DNA of 38,512 nucleotides from a virus, in the UHGV virus genome UHGV-0178007; one strand, written 5' to 3'. Both the position numbers and the translations under genes were made by a program. This document shows, piece by piece, positions 17,359 to 26,664 of this stretch; within the stretch, counting starts at the first letter, position 1; each line of letters opens with the position of its first letter. The notes below the pieces were generated by a model that ran no database searches, was not told the DNA's origin, and saw only the letters and a program-made list of their open reading frames with translations.

Positions 17359-18303
17359 TCAGGAACCACTGCCAGACGGCTTCGGGGCGGCCTCCTTCAC
17401 CAGCGCAAACTTGTCGGTGAACACGTACCAGCCGTAGACGATCTCCAGACGCAGCGCGATCTGGTTCTTGCGGGCAAGATCACCCTGACCGTCCGGGTCG
17501 CCACGGTCGATGAGGGTTACCGGAATGTTGCGCTGAACACCCCAGCGCAGACCATTGGTCCAGTCACCGACGATGGCGCGCACACCGGTGTCCTGAGCCT
17601 CGGGGCGGCCAGACACCGAGTTGGACTGCGCGGTGGGCAACCCCATGAACGAGGTGATGTCGGTGCCGAAGCCCAGCTGCGGGTAGCGCAGCTGCGAGGT
17701 GGCACCCGACCCGTCCTTCGTCTTAAGGGAGGCGAGGTCCCAGGCAAAGGAGGAGTCGAAGGCGGCACCGGTCACAGTGACGGGCTTGTCTTGGTTGATG
17801 AGCATGCCAACGGCGTTGCGGAACTGGTCGTCGGCGTCGGTCTTGGCGTCGGCGGTCACGGCATTGGCGGACGCCCCGATGTAGTTGCTCCACTCAGCTA
17901 CCTTGGAGCCGGTGAGCGGGTTGATGGCGTGGATGACACCGAGATCGAGAGCACGGGCCAGCGCGTCTGAGCCAGCCTGGGCCAGCGTCTGGAACACGCC
18001 AAGCTGGTAGTCCTCGTCGGCCCACTTCACCTCCTCGGAGAACCGCATCGTCACCTGCGCCTTGTGGGGCACAGCGGTAACGGAGGTGAAGGAGCCACCG
18101 GAAGACGACTTCTCACCGTTCTCTTCGACGAACTCGGCCTTGGGCACGTCGTTGAAAACCAGGTAGTCGACGTTGCCGAATCTCATCGGCTCGGCACCGG
18201 ACAGCCGCGAGACGACGGAGGCCGCTTGGGTGTCCTTGATCATTCCCGCCGCGATTTCCCGCGGCATCAACGGCTTTGTGTTGGTGGTGGAGAACACGGA
18301 CAT
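17359..18303 (-). CDS. Major capsid protein
   Basis: 314 aa, downstream of the scaffold gene, with an AAAGGGGA Shine-Dalgarno sequence before the ATG at 18303. Size and composition fit an HK97-fold capsid protein. Confidence 0.7.
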   Translation of the reverse strand: MSVFSTTNTKPLMPREIAAGMIKDTQAASVVSRLSGAEPMRFGNVDYLVFNDVPKAEFVEENGEKSSSGGSFTSVTAVPHKAQVTMRFSEEVKWADEDYQLGVFQTLAQAGSDALARALDLGVIHAINPLTGSKVAEWSNYIGASANAVTADAKTDADDQFRNAVGMLINQDKPVTVTGAAFDSSFAWDLASLKTKDGSGATSQLRYPQLGFGTDITSFMGLPTAQSNSVSGRPEAQDTGVRAIVGDWTNGLRWGVQRNIPVTLIDRGDPDGQGDLARKNQIALRLEIVYGWYVFTDKFALVKEAAPKPSGSGS

Positions 18304-18321
18304 GATATGTCCCCTTTCGAA

Positions 18322-18774
18322 TCAGTCCCGGCCAAACAGTTGGCGCATGAACGTGGACGTTGTGTCAGATGTGTTGGGGGTGCGTGTGTGATCGATCACC
18401 GGGTGCGTCTTGCGGGTCTCGGCAGCCCAGGTGGTCAGCGCCTCAGCAGAGGAACGCATGGCCTCCAAGGTGTCCCCGGTGAGCAGGTTCGCCGGAACAC
18501 CGGTGTCGGAGGACACCTCGTCTGCCCAGCTACGCCGCTGCTCGGCAGCCTCGAATCGTTTGATCGTGGCCTGGGCGTCGGCCAACTTCTCAGCGTCGGT
18601 GCGCTGGGCATCCTGCAGCTCGGCCAACTGCCGTGCGGCGTCATGGTTGGCCTTCGCCCGGGACTCCCACTTGCGCGCCTCGGCCTTCCAGTCGGTCTCG
18701 GCAGGCTTGGACTCGTCGGTCTGCGGTGCAGCATCCTGAGTCTGCGTCTCGACAGTCTCGGTGGTTTCGGACAT
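18322..18774 (-). CDS. Scaffolding protein
   Basis: About 150-aa acidic, coiled-coil-rich protein (ETVETQTQDAAPQTDESKPAETDWKAEARKWE...). The ATG at 18774 is preceded by AGGAGGGG. It lies between the head morphogenesis and capsid genes. Confidence 0.65.
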   Translation of the reverse strand: MSETTETVETQTQDAAPQTDESKPAETDWKAEARKWESRAKANHDAARQLAELQDAQRTDAEKLADAQATIKRFEAAEQRRSWADEVSSDTGVPANLLTGDTLEAMRSSAEALTTWAAETRKTHPVIDHTRTPNTSDTTSTFMRQLFGRD

Positions 18775-18919
18775 GATCGTCACCCCTCCTAAGGGTTGAT
18801 GGGTGCCATGCGGCAATGAGGCCCCGCCGTGCGGCAGGGCACGACAAGCAGCCCTCGCACCACACAGTGAAGGGCTGGTCGAAAACTAGTGGGCCACTGG
18901 AACGATGGTTCAGTAGGTG

Positions 18920-19669
18920 TCAGTCGGCATGGACACCATCGGTGTACTGGTCCGGATTGGCACGGCGCATCGCGGCGAGAGTGTCTGTCTCTGATCCGCT
19001 GCCTGCACGGGCGCGACCCTGCTCATACAAGGCCAGGTAGGCGTCGGGGTCGTAGCCTTGCAGCTGCGGTGTCGACCCGCGCTTGCCAAACGAGGGGACG
19101 ATGGCGCAGTTGCAGCCGGAGTGATACCTGGTGAGACCACCGGCAGAGGCTTTGCTGGCATACACCCAGCCGCGTGAAGCGAGCATGGTGCAGAACGTGC
19201 ATGTCCTCGCGCCTTGCGGCACCCGGGCATATCTGATGCAGGCCCTGTCGTCTGCAGCGTTTCCGGTGATCGTTGAGGACGCACCGGTGCGCACCCAGCG
19301 GTCCAAGGATTGCGTGAGCGTGGCGACGGTTTCCTCCGGGTGGCTTCCCCACAGGCTTCCGGCCGCCCATTTCACGGTTCCCCTGATCCGGTCCCGGTTG
19401 ACCGGTTTCTCGGGGCGCGGCGTGAACGGTTTCGTCACACCGGATTTCCTGCGCATCTGCTCATACCATTGCGCGGCAGCCACGCCAGACAGCCGGCTGT
19501 AATCAACCCCCAGGGCATCCACGACCTCGATCAGATCGTCCCTGGTCTGCTCTGGACGGCTGGGGTCCATGAGCTTCCAAGCACGTGCCAGATCGCGGCC
19601 TGCAAGCCAAGACAGGGTGGTGGTGGCTTTGCGCTGCCTGGCAACATCGGCTGGAGTGATGACACCCAC
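18920..19669 (-). CDS. Head morphogenesis / minor capsid protein (MuF-like by position)
   Basis: 249-aa ORF between the portal and scaffold genes. It starts with GTG. Confidence 0.4.
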   Translation of the reverse strand: MGVITPADVARQRKATTTLSWLAGRDLARAWKLMDPSRPEQTRDDLIEVVDALGVDYSRLSGVAAAQWYEQMRRKSGVTKPFTPRPEKPVNRDRIRGTVKWAAGSLWGSHPEETVATLTQSLDRWVRTGASSTITGNAADDRACIRYARVPQGARTCTFCTMLASRGWVYASKASAGGLTRYHSGCNCAIVPSFGKRGSTPQLQGYDPDAYLALYEQGRARAGSGSETDTLAAMRRANPDQYTDGVHAD

Positions 19670-21117
19670 TACCGTTCATCCTCTGCTGGCTGCTCCGGGC
19701 TGGAGGCAACCGCCTGAGCCAAATACCGTTCATCGATATTGGTATCGGCGAGGCGATTCAGCAGCCCATTCTGCGACCATTCGGCCTGCATCTGCTCGAT
19801 CTCTGAGGTGGTGAACCCGGCGCGCTGCAGAGCCACCGTCGTCCCGGCAACCTTAGGCAGGGCCGACACCGTCTTGACGATGAAATCGCTGGAGGCCTGC
19901 GGAGACACATAGCGTGCCGGTGTCCACGACAGGTGGACGTTCCACGACTCCTCCGGTGGGGCATCCAAGCCTTCCGCAACTATGAGAACATCCTGCAGGA
20001 TGCGCAGCAGGGGACCGTTGAACACCCTCCACTGGTACTCGGCCTCATCGGAAAGGGCCACTTCGGCGGCCTGCATGGCCTCCGCTGATGCCGGATTGTC
20101 GGCAAACAGCCCCACCGACGACTGAGGCAAACCAGTGGCTGCACAAAAGTTCTGGGCCAGCTGCCGATACATGCTCAGATGCGGCTCCATCGACATCTGT
20201 GTGAACTGGCCAACCGTCGGATTCTCGCCCTCGTCGTTGGGAGACAAGGCGAGGACACGACCAGTGACAGCACGCCACCTGTCCTGCATCGCCTCCATCT
20301 GATCGGCAGAGACACCCAGCACGTAGCGCTGCGGGGAAGCAAAGAACTCAGCCGAGGTCTCCGCCCTGACAAGGGTTCTCACCGCGGCGTCAGTGAGATA
20401 GCGCACCTCGCGGGAGATACGAGAATGGCCGAACGGCCTAGAGATCTCGGGGGAGTAGACCAGCGGCTCCACCATGATCCGCCGCGACGGGTTGTCAAGG
20501 CGCTCCACGGACCACACATGCTTCTCGGCGGTGGCGATGATCGTTGCATCCAGCGTGTGCAGGATGAACCGGGAAGGCTCCGATGTCACCAAGCCAGGAA
20601 TGTCGGCGTCCTGCTCGATGGTGTCGGTGATCTCCAGGGCGGCGTCGATCATGCCGGAGCGGGCATTCCAGTGGGCGGTCGTCCACAGGCCGTCGCGGGC
20701 ACGCACCACCACCGGTGGCTCACCTGCCGACTCATCACCCGGGGCAACCGTGAGGAACGACACTGAATGCTTGTAGGCGGCCGTGATCGCCTGTATCAGG
20801 GTCAAGGTGAAGTCGTTGCGCTGCAGGATGCCACCGATGTCGAACGGGTCGATCTGCCCACCCAGCGTGTAGCCCTCCCAGACGTGCTTGCGGGCCAGCG
20901 CCTGCACCGCCTTGGCAGGCCACCCCAGGGCGGCGCGAGTGCGTGCCATCTGAGGGGGAACCGAGATGCCCAAGTCCTGCAGGGCACGGTGCCCTGCATA
21001 GTAGGTGTCGAGCAGGAGATTCTTCGGTGTCGTGCGTGCCAACGTGGCCCACAAGCCGGACAGGGTGCGCTGCTCGTCGTCAGACAGGCCAGCCACCACG
21101 GGTGTACTGGAGAACAT
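19669..21117 (-). CDS. Portal protein
   Basis: About 480-aa protein directly downstream of the large terminase. Its ATG at 21117 overlaps the terminase stop in a TGATG arrangement. Confidence 0.65.
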   Translation of the reverse strand: MFSSTPVVAGLSDDEQRTLSGLWATLARTTPKNLLLDTYYAGHRALQDLGISVPPQMARTRAALGWPAKAVQALARKHVWEGYTLGGQIDPFDIGGILQRNDFTLTLIQAITAAYKHSVSFLTVAPGDESAGEPPVVVRARDGLWTTAHWNARSGMIDAALEITDTIEQDADIPGLVTSEPSRFILHTLDATIIATAEKHVWSVERLDNPSRRIMVEPLVYSPEISRPFGHSRISREVRYLTDAAVRTLVRAETSAEFFASPQRYVLGVSADQMEAMQDRWRAVTGRVLALSPNDEGENPTVGQFTQMSMEPHLSMYRQLAQNFCAATGLPQSSVGLFADNPASAEAMQAAEVALSDEAEYQWRVFNGPLLRILQDVLIVAEGLDAPPEESWNVHLSWTPARYVSPQASSDFIVKTVSALPKVAGTTVALQRAGFTTSEIEQMQAEWSQNGLLNRLADTNIDERYLAQAVASSPEQPAEDER

Positions 21118-22553
21118 CACAGGATCGTCACCCCTCCTCGATGACCGGGACGCCGCTTCGTTGTCGCAGCACCCCAATGGGCCAACGTCACTGCATCCAG
21201 CAGGCTCGCATCCGACCCGGGCGGTGCCGCCCAGCCGAACCCTCCACGGGTGCCGATCTTGCGGCGTGTCACCGTTGTTGCCTGCTGGTCTAAGAGTTCA
21301 TTGTCCACATGTCGCAGCGTGCCGTCGCGCAGGCCGGCAAGCAGGCCCGCATGGGCTGCTGTCACCTGGTCCACTGACGGGGTCCAGATGACGCGGGCGG
21401 GAACCTTCGCGGAACGCAGCTGGTCCACCAGCCACGCCGAACCCGACTTGCCATCCACGACGATCTGAGATGTGTTGGCGAGCCGGTCTGGATCGGTGAG
21501 GAAGTCCACCAGCCAACCGGTGCCCTCTCCGGTCGAAGCCTGACGCACACCATCGACAACGATCAGTTTGGCGTCCTGCTTGACGGCAACACCCAGCCCG
21601 ACGGCTGCACCGTCTGCGGAGAACTTCACTGCCCAGCAGCGCGGTCCATCACCGGCCCGGTCTATCGTCGCGTCCATCCATGCCTGACGGTCGATGGCGG
21701 TCGAAACCGTGTCGGAGTCCCAGATTCCCATGCCCTCTCGGCGGAACGACTCCTCACCCAGCTGGCGGCGCATACGCAAAATGGCCGCCTCTGAGGTGCG
21801 GCGGGGAAACGACGGATTCGCCCTGGCCCACACCTTCCGGTCCGACAGGTCGGCATCGTCGGGGGCGCCAATCTCAACATAGGTGCCACCCACCATGTCG
21901 CCCTTCAACGCAGACCGACGGAACTCGATGAACGCCTCGGCAGGGTCGGTGGGGCGCGGCGGGGTGCCGATACGGATGGCCAGCCCCAGATCGGACGTGT
22001 TCAAGGTGGGCACCATGCCATCCAGGGCCTTCTGCGACAGAATCTGAGCCTCATCGAACACGATCAGATCCACGCCGGGAATACCGCGACCGAACCCGGC
22101 CTCGCGGGCACCGAACAGGATGCGCGACCCAGATGTGAACTCCAAGGCCTGCTTGCCGTTGCCGGCGCGCACCTTCGACACGTGCTGCGACAGGCCCGGC
22201 CGGTTGGCAAGGTTCTGCAACGCCAGAAACGTCTCATCCGAGGTGCGAGTGTGGTGGGCAGTCCAGATCATCATTCCGTCGGCGATCACCGCAGCCAGAC
22301 CGAACACCAGAGCGCCTACCGTGTAGGTTTTGCCCACCTGACGAGGGATCGACACCTCCACGCCATCAACCTTGTTGACGAACTCGCCATTGGCGTCCTG
22401 GGCGAGGATGAGGCGAGCCAGATCATCCTGCCAGCGGTCGAAGCCCATACCGGCCTGCTCGCACACCTGGCGGGCCATCGGCCATGCCGTCGAGGCAATC
22501 CCGTCAGGGTAGACAAGGTGCTTAGCTATCGAGGACAGGTGGGGTTCAGACAC
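21117..22553 (-). CDS. Terminase large subunit
   Basis: 478 aa. Size, position and composition fit a Walker-type ATPase N-terminus with a nuclease C-terminus. It follows a small basic protein and precedes the portal gene. Confidence 0.7.
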   Translation of the reverse strand: MSEPHLSSIAKHLVYPDGIASTAWPMARQVCEQAGMGFDRWQDDLARLILAQDANGEFVNKVDGVEVSIPRQVGKTYTVGALVFGLAAVIADGMMIWTAHHTRTSDETFLALQNLANRPGLSQHVSKVRAGNGKQALEFTSGSRILFGAREAGFGRGIPGVDLIVFDEAQILSQKALDGMVPTLNTSDLGLAIRIGTPPRPTDPAEAFIEFRRSALKGDMVGGTYVEIGAPDDADLSDRKVWARANPSFPRRTSEAAILRMRRQLGEESFRREGMGIWDSDTVSTAIDRQAWMDATIDRAGDGPRCWAVKFSADGAAVGLGVAVKQDAKLIVVDGVRQASTGEGTGWLVDFLTDPDRLANTSQIVVDGKSGSAWLVDQLRSAKVPARVIWTPSVDQVTAAHAGLLAGLRDGTLRHVDNELLDQQATTVTRRKIGTRGGFGWAAPPGSDASLLDAVTLAHWGAATTKRRPGHRGGVTIL

Positions 22554-22854
22554 CCGTCCAGCCTTCGGTGCCTACCGCCTTGCGGACCTTCGAGACCTGC
22601 GGGGTCACCGGGGCAGTGGCGCCTGCCAGCGCACCAGCCTTCTCGGCCTTGTCCAGCAGGGACTCCAGGGACTTCAGTGCTGCCGTGCGGTCGCGGGCAG
22701 CCTGATCGGGATCCTCGGCGATGGAGGCTGCCGTCTGGAACATGGCGTCCAGGATGCGCAGCTTGTCGCCTGACTTGTAGGCCGTCTTGATCTTCTCGGA
22801 CCTCACCCGACGACGTGGCGACGGAGTTTCGTCGGTGACGAGCTTCAAAGCCAT
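22546..22854 (-). CDS. Terminase small subunit (putative)
   Basis: 102-aa protein with a strong GGAGGTG Shine-Dalgarno sequence. It is the first gene after an AT-rich intergenic region and overlaps the large terminase start by 8 nt. Confidence 0.45.
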   Translation of the reverse strand: MALKLVTDETPSPRRRVRSEKIKTAYKSGDKLRILDAMFQTAASIAEDPDQAARDRTAALKSLESLLDKAEKAGALAGATAPVTPQVSKVRKAVGTEGWTGV

Positions 22855-22940
22855 GTCTCACCTCCGTGCAAGGGTATTCAATGCTGTGAAAAAAGTTTCA
22901 TTTAACGATGTTCAGTACCACCGAGTCATCGTGGAATCCC
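22855..22940 (-). promoter_or_regulatory. AT-rich intergenic region upstream of the terminase genes; candidate late promoter and/or cos/pac region
   Basis: GGTATTCAATGCTGTGAAAAAAGTTTCATTTAACGATGTTCAG is an isolated low-GC block in a 65% GC genome. It lies between the HNH endonuclease gene and the small terminase gene. Confidence 0.35.
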
Positions 22941-23005
22941 TCGGGGAGAGATCTCGCTATGCCGTGGTGAAGCGGGATTCGGCGGGGGGAGGGCCGTGCC
23001 CCCGG

Positions 23006-23311
23006 TCACCACTGGTTGCGGTGGTCGATGCCCTCCACCCGTCGGAAGCGTTGATGTTTGCGTGAGACGCCGTTGCCTCTGGATTGGTTGCATCGCCTGC
23101 AGATAATGCGGATGTTGTCGAGTCGGTCTGAACCACCGAGCGAATGCGGGATGATGTGGTCGGCTTCGGGGCTTGCTGGTGTGCGGCTGATGTCCCATCG
23201 CAGCGGTACTCCGCAGCTCGGGCAGTGTGTGAGTCCTGCTGCTCGTGCTCGGCGTTTGGCTGTTGCTGCGTTGTTGATCCAGTTCGCTGTTCCTGTTCTC
23301 GATGTTGTCAT
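23006..23311 (-). CDS. HNH endonuclease (terminase-associated)
   Basis: CPSCGVPLRW...ADHIIPHSLGGSD..DNIRIICRRCN is an HNH motif with a zinc-ribbon Cys pair. Its position beside the terminase genes is typical of cos-type phages. Confidence 0.7.
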   Translation of the reverse strand: MTTSRTGTANWINNAATAKRRARAAGLTHCPSCGVPLRWDISRTPASPEADHIIPHSLGGSDRLDNIRIICRRCNQSRGNGVSRKHQRFRRVEGIDHRNQW

Positions 23312-23426
23312 GAGAACTCTTCTCTTGTGGAAGCTTCAGCGATATTGATGTCGTCATGCATGTCAGATGCCTCGAAGGCTACCGTCGCATGGCACAATCG
23401 TCCCGTCGACTGTCACCATAGCACGT

Positions 23427-24149
23427 TTATGCGGCTTGGTCGCGATCGTCGATGGCGTTGGCGATGTCGGGCCAGAGGCGGGCGATGACATCCCACGGGT
23501 AGAACCTCGGCGGGGTGGTGTGTGGCGCTGGTTTGATGTGGCCGCGCCGGTGCCATTGGTTGAGGCGTTTGCGTTGGACGGGGAGTTCTGCGGCCAGCTC
23601 AGCTGCGGTCATGGGCGGGTGGTGCCGCCATCGCTTTTCGAGGGCGGCTGGCCCTGGGTATTCGTGGCGTTGGCCCTCGGGTTGCCAGCGGGTGGCGGTG
23701 CAGGCGAGGACGGGGCCGTCAATCTCGCAGGGTGCCCCGCAGTCGGGACAGCCGATGGCGCGGGGCGGCTTGAGGCCTACGGCGCGGGCCAGGTGGGCGT
23801 ATATGGCGGCAATGGTGTCATCGACCATGGCCATGTCGTAGTCGTCGAGCCAGGCCCGCGAGTCGGCCCACACGCCTGCCAGCCAGGCGCACTCGGTGGC
23901 CCAGGTCAGGCCGCACGGTTGGGGGTGTGCGGCGCGGGTGTCGGGGTCGATGGCCTCCCAGATGACCCGTGAGGCCTCATTGGCGAGGGTGCGCAGGGTG
24001 GGCGGCTCCCATCCTCGGGTGGGCAGGATGTCGAGGCGCGACACGTCCAGGGGTGGGTGTGATCCTGGCACGTGGCGGGTGCGGGTGGACTCGCCGTCAG
24101 GGTTACGCGACTGTCCTAGGGTCTCTAGTTCGGCGACGAGGGCGGGCAT
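23427..24149 (-). CDS. Hypothetical protein with a Cys cluster and a C-terminal HTH-like segment
   Basis: The likely start is the internal Met ([11 protein letters not shown]...); the upstream part of the track ORF is low-complexity Arg/His-rich. CPDCGAPC and LAC Cys cluster. The C-terminus ([24 protein letters not shown]) resembles an excisionase/AlpA-type HTH. Confidence 0.4.
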   Translation of the reverse strand: MPALVAELETLGQSRNPDGESTRTRHVPGSHPPLDVSRLDILPTRGWEPPTLRTLANEASRVIWEAIDPDTRAAHPQPCGLTWATECAWLAGVWADSRAWLDDYDMAMVDDTIAAIYAHLARAVGLKPPRAIGCPDCGAPCEIDGPVLACTATRWQPEGQRHEYPGPAALEKRWRHHPPMTAAELAAELPVQRKRLNQWHRRGHIKPAPHTTPPRFYPWDVIARLWPDIANAIDDRDQAA

Positions 24150-24202
24150 CTGCTGGATGCGACCGAGCGGGTCGGTGGCGGGGATCCATGCGAGGGGTCT
24201 GG

Positions 24203-24460
24203 TCACTGGTCCTCTCCTTGTGCCCACGGCGAGGTTCCGCCCGTAGTCCAGTAGCCCTTGCGATTGCGCTCCATGCCTTTGGCGAGCATTTCCTCGATGG
24301 TCAGGCAGCGGCGACGATCGGGGCCGGTGGTGGTTCCATGCTTGCCGGTGCGGTGCATGTCTCCGGCTGTGGTTCCTGTGAAGGTTTCGTGGCACACGGT
24401 GCAGTGCTGCGTCTTGGTTCCTCCCAAGGTGGCGTGGCAGTGGTGGCATGTCCAGGTCAT
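24203..24460 (-). CDS. Zinc-ribbon protein (85 aa)
   Basis: [27 protein letters not shown] carries two CxxC pairs. An AAGGAG Shine-Dalgarno sequence lies 8 nt upstream of the ATG at 24460. Confidence 0.5.
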   Translation of the reverse strand: MTWTCHHCHATLGGTKTQHCTVCHETFTGTTAGDMHRTGKHGTTTGPDRRRCLTIEEMLAKGMERNRKGYWTTGGTSPWAQGEDQ

Positions 24461-24576
24461 GGTTTGTTCTCCTTTGCCGTTTTCCGGTCTTGCGTATCGA
24501 CCTGTGACGGCATTTCTGGGCTGGTGTGGGTATCTGGTTAGGTCGGTGTCTGAAAGGCGCTCACATCTCCGTCGCT

Positions 24577-24978
24577 CTAGCCGCCCTTCTGAGAGCCTCG
24601 CGGACCGGTCGGGTCGTGCCACTGGTCTGGAGTGGTCCACGGGTGTGTGTCGCCGGAGATGGCGGCGAGGTGGTCGTGACCGGCCCTCGTGTGACCGCAG
24701 ACCTTGCAGCGGTTACGGTCGTCGATGGCAGCCGGGGTGTCGGTGGGCCGGTCTGCTGCCGTCGGTCGTGTCGCAGACCACCAGGGCCCGGAGGTGAGGA
24801 CTCGTGCCGGGGTCTTCGTGTCCGGGTCTGCTGCGATCCATGCCATGGCGACTGTGGCGTCCAGGGTGGCCCGACTGCCGAGTTGATTCGCGATGAAGGT
24901 GATCAGCGACTTGGTGGGCCAGTCGGGTCTCAGCGCGTTGGTGGCGGCGGCGAGGCGTTGGATGTCCTGTTGGTTCAT
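24577..24978 (-). CDS. Hypothetical protein (133 aa)
   Basis: ORF translationally coupled to the upstream gene by an ATGA overlap at 24975-24978. Confidence 0.45.
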   Translation of the reverse strand: MNQQDIQRLAAATNALRPDWPTKSLITFIANQLGSRATLDATVAMAWIAADPDTKTPARVLTSGPWWSATRPTAADRPTDTPAAIDDRNRCKVCGHTRAGHDHLAAISGDTHPWTTPDQWHDPTGPRGSQKGG

Positions 24979-25742
24979 CGGATCTCATCTCCAAGTCCAA
25001 GGCCGGTCACCGGCTCGGAGCGGCTCGGAGGGTTATCCACAGGCTGGCTCGCGCGCGTTACAGACTTGGGTTTGGAATCAGAAGTGACCACAGGTGTTGC
25101 AGTTGCGTTTGCAGTTGCGTTTGCTATTGCCGTTGCGTTTGCAGTTGCAGTTGCTGCGCGCGTGAGGGATACCCCTTCCGGTGGGGTATGGCATGGGGTA
25201 TCGGATACCCCTTCCGGTGGGGTATGGCATGGGGTATCGGATACCCCTTCCGGTGGGGTATCGGCGATGAGGTTTCGGAGCATTCCCTCGATCGCCTGCC
25301 GATTAGACTTCCCAGTCACCTCGGACACTCTGGTGGGCAGACCGGACGTGTCGATCCTCTCCAGCTCGGCGGACACGGCGGCGCGCAACCTGGGAGACAG
25401 GATGCGTTCCACAGCGCCCACAATCCCCTTCATTGTCTTGGGGGATCGCCATCCGAGATCGCGGCGAATGTAGGAGCGGACCAGCACCTCCTGGGTGGAT
25501 CTGTCAACGACCACGAACCGAGCCTCTTCCAGCTCGGCGAGGGTGGCCTCGATTGATTCCACAGTCTGGCCGGAGGTCTGCCGGGCCCACCTGACCGGCG
25601 CCAGCGTGACGACTCCGGCGAGGGAGACATCGGGTTGGGAGATGAGCTTCTGGTAGAGGTTCTGCTGCTCGGCGTTCAGGGCCGTGTAGTCCCGGTCTCC
25701 CCAGGCCCTCTTGAACAGCTTCGCGTACTCATCAGTAGCCAT
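24975..25742 (-). CDS. Putative replication-associated DNA-binding protein containing an internal tandem-repeat region (iteron-like)
   Basis: The N-terminal domain looks like a winged-helix domain. The central region encodes HTPPEGVSDTPC x3 and (ATAN)n, which correspond to 36-bp and 12-bp DNA tandem repeats. It is the first gene of the replication/recombination block. Confidence 0.4.
   Translation of the reverse strand: MATDEYAKLFKRAWGDRDYTALNAEQQNLYQKLISQPDVSLAGVVTLAPVRWARQTSGQTVESIEATLAELEEARFVVVDRSTQEVLVRSYIRRDLGWRSPKTMKGIVGAVERILSPRLRAAVSAELERIDTSGLPTRVSEVTGKSNRQAIEGMLRNLIADTPPEGVSDTPCHTPPEGVSDTPCHTPPEGVSLTRAATATANATAIANATANATATPVVTSDSKPKSVTRASQPVDNPPSRSEPVTGLGLGDEIR
25086..25160. repeat. 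12-bp tandem repeats (GCAGTTGCGTTT variants, about 5-6 copies)
   Basis: Read directly: GTTGCAGTTGCGTTTGCAGTTGCGTTTGCTATTGCCGTTGCGTTTGCAGTTGCAGTTGC. Confidence 0.75.
25167..25264. repeat. 36-bp tandem direct repeat, about 2.7 copies. Each unit contains the inverted repeat GGATACCCC-TTCCGGT-GGGGTAT.
   Basis: Read directly: GGATACCCCTTCCGGTGGGGTATGGCATGGGGTATC is repeated with period 36 starting at 25167, 25203 and 25239. Confidence 0.8.
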
Positions 25743-25799
25743 AGGGTCCCACCCCATCTGGATGTGACTTATGCCACCGGTGCTCTTTCGTGGTAGCCA

Positions 25800-26006
25800 T
25801 CAGTCATTCTTCCTTCCGATCGCAGACGCGATCTCAATGAGATATCCAAGGGACTCTAGGAGGAGTTCGTGGGCCTGCTGTGCTTCCTCCAAGATCATCA
25901 CAGCCGGCTTGTCGGGGCTGAATTCAACTCCATGGATGAGCTCGATAGCGGCATGTATGTCACATGTGGCGTAGTGAACCCTCTTGAGCATGTCTAGATC
26001 GCTCAT
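25800..26006 (-). CDS. Hypothetical small protein
   Basis: ORF in the early block with a probable internal start (MSDLDMLKRV...). Confidence 0.35.
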   Translation of the reverse strand: MSDLDMLKRVHYATCDIHAAIELIHGVEFSPDKPAVMILEEAQQAHELLLESLGYLIEIASAIGRKND

Positions 26007-26008
26007 CC

Positions 26009-26239
26009 TCACGACTCCTTCTTCAGTCTTTCGATCTCGAATTGGACACATTGGGCGGCCTTCTCCAAGTCCTGCGTTTCGGGTGCCCCTTCTTTCCTTC
26101 CAGCCCTCAACAAGTATTTGATGGCGTTGCCTCGGAAGAATGGCATATCCTCCACCACATATCGGGTTTCCAGTGGGGTTCCGCAGTGTGGGCAGGGTGG
26201 CCCGTCGTAGTGCGACGGGTGGTGCACCGGATCTGACAT
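26009..26239 (-). CDS. DUF3310-like phage protein
   Basis: MSDPVHHPSHYDG...RGNAIKYLLRAGRK...LEKAAQCVQFEI resembles the HPSHY / NIIKY signature of DUF3310. A GAGGAG Shine-Dalgarno sequence lies 8 nt upstream. Confidence 0.45.
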   Translation of the reverse strand: MSDPVHHPSHYDGPPCPHCGTPLETRYVVEDMPFFRGNAIKYLLRAGRKEGAPETQDLEKAAQCVQFEIERLKKES

Positions 26240-26249
26240 TTTGTGCTCC

Positions 26250-26636
26250 TCAGAATGGGACTAGCTGGGTGGTGATGATGATGTCGAGGGCGTGCCATCC
26301 TTTGGGCAGGTCGTCTTTGCGGGATGGGAGGTAGCAGATCTGGCCGACGTGCGTGGAGTCGTCGTCGGCCCAGATTCCGGCGTCGGTCATCCCGTCGATG
26401 GCGGCTTTCAATGTTGGCGCGCAGGCGTCTGAGTCGAGTCCTCGTCCGGCACGGAATCGTGCACGGCAGGCGACGAGGACCGGCCCGTCAATCGGGGTGA
26501 GCCGCTGGCGGGCGAGCACGGCAGATCGGCGTCTGACAGCGGCGACACGTCTCGCTTTCTCCCGCCAGTGCAGCCTGTCATTCGACGTCACCCACTCATT
26601 CGCGGGCACCTCGATCCTGATCCTCTGATCGCTCAT
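26250..26636 (-). CDS. RusA-like Holliday junction resolvase
   Basis: About 128 aa. An N-terminal basic segment is followed by ...RGLDSDACAPTLKAAIDGMTDAGIWADDDSTHV, matching the RusA acidic catalytic pattern (D-D ... K..D.L ... DD). Confidence 0.5.
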   Translation of the reverse strand: MSDQRIRIEVPANEWVTSNDRLHWREKARRVAAVRRRSAVLARQRLTPIDGPVLVACRARFRAGRGLDSDACAPTLKAAIDGMTDAGIWADDDSTHVGQICYLPSRKDDLPKGWHALDIIITTQLVPF

Positions 26637-26664
26637 GTCGTCTCCAGTGCGTCGATGGCGAGCC

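Noticed and set aside
25086-25264. A CRISPR array at the 36-bp tandem repeats
   Set aside because: The units are contiguous with no unique spacers, they lie inside a protein-coding frame (repeating HTPPEGVSDTPC), and there are no cas genes. They are tandem or iteron-type repeats.
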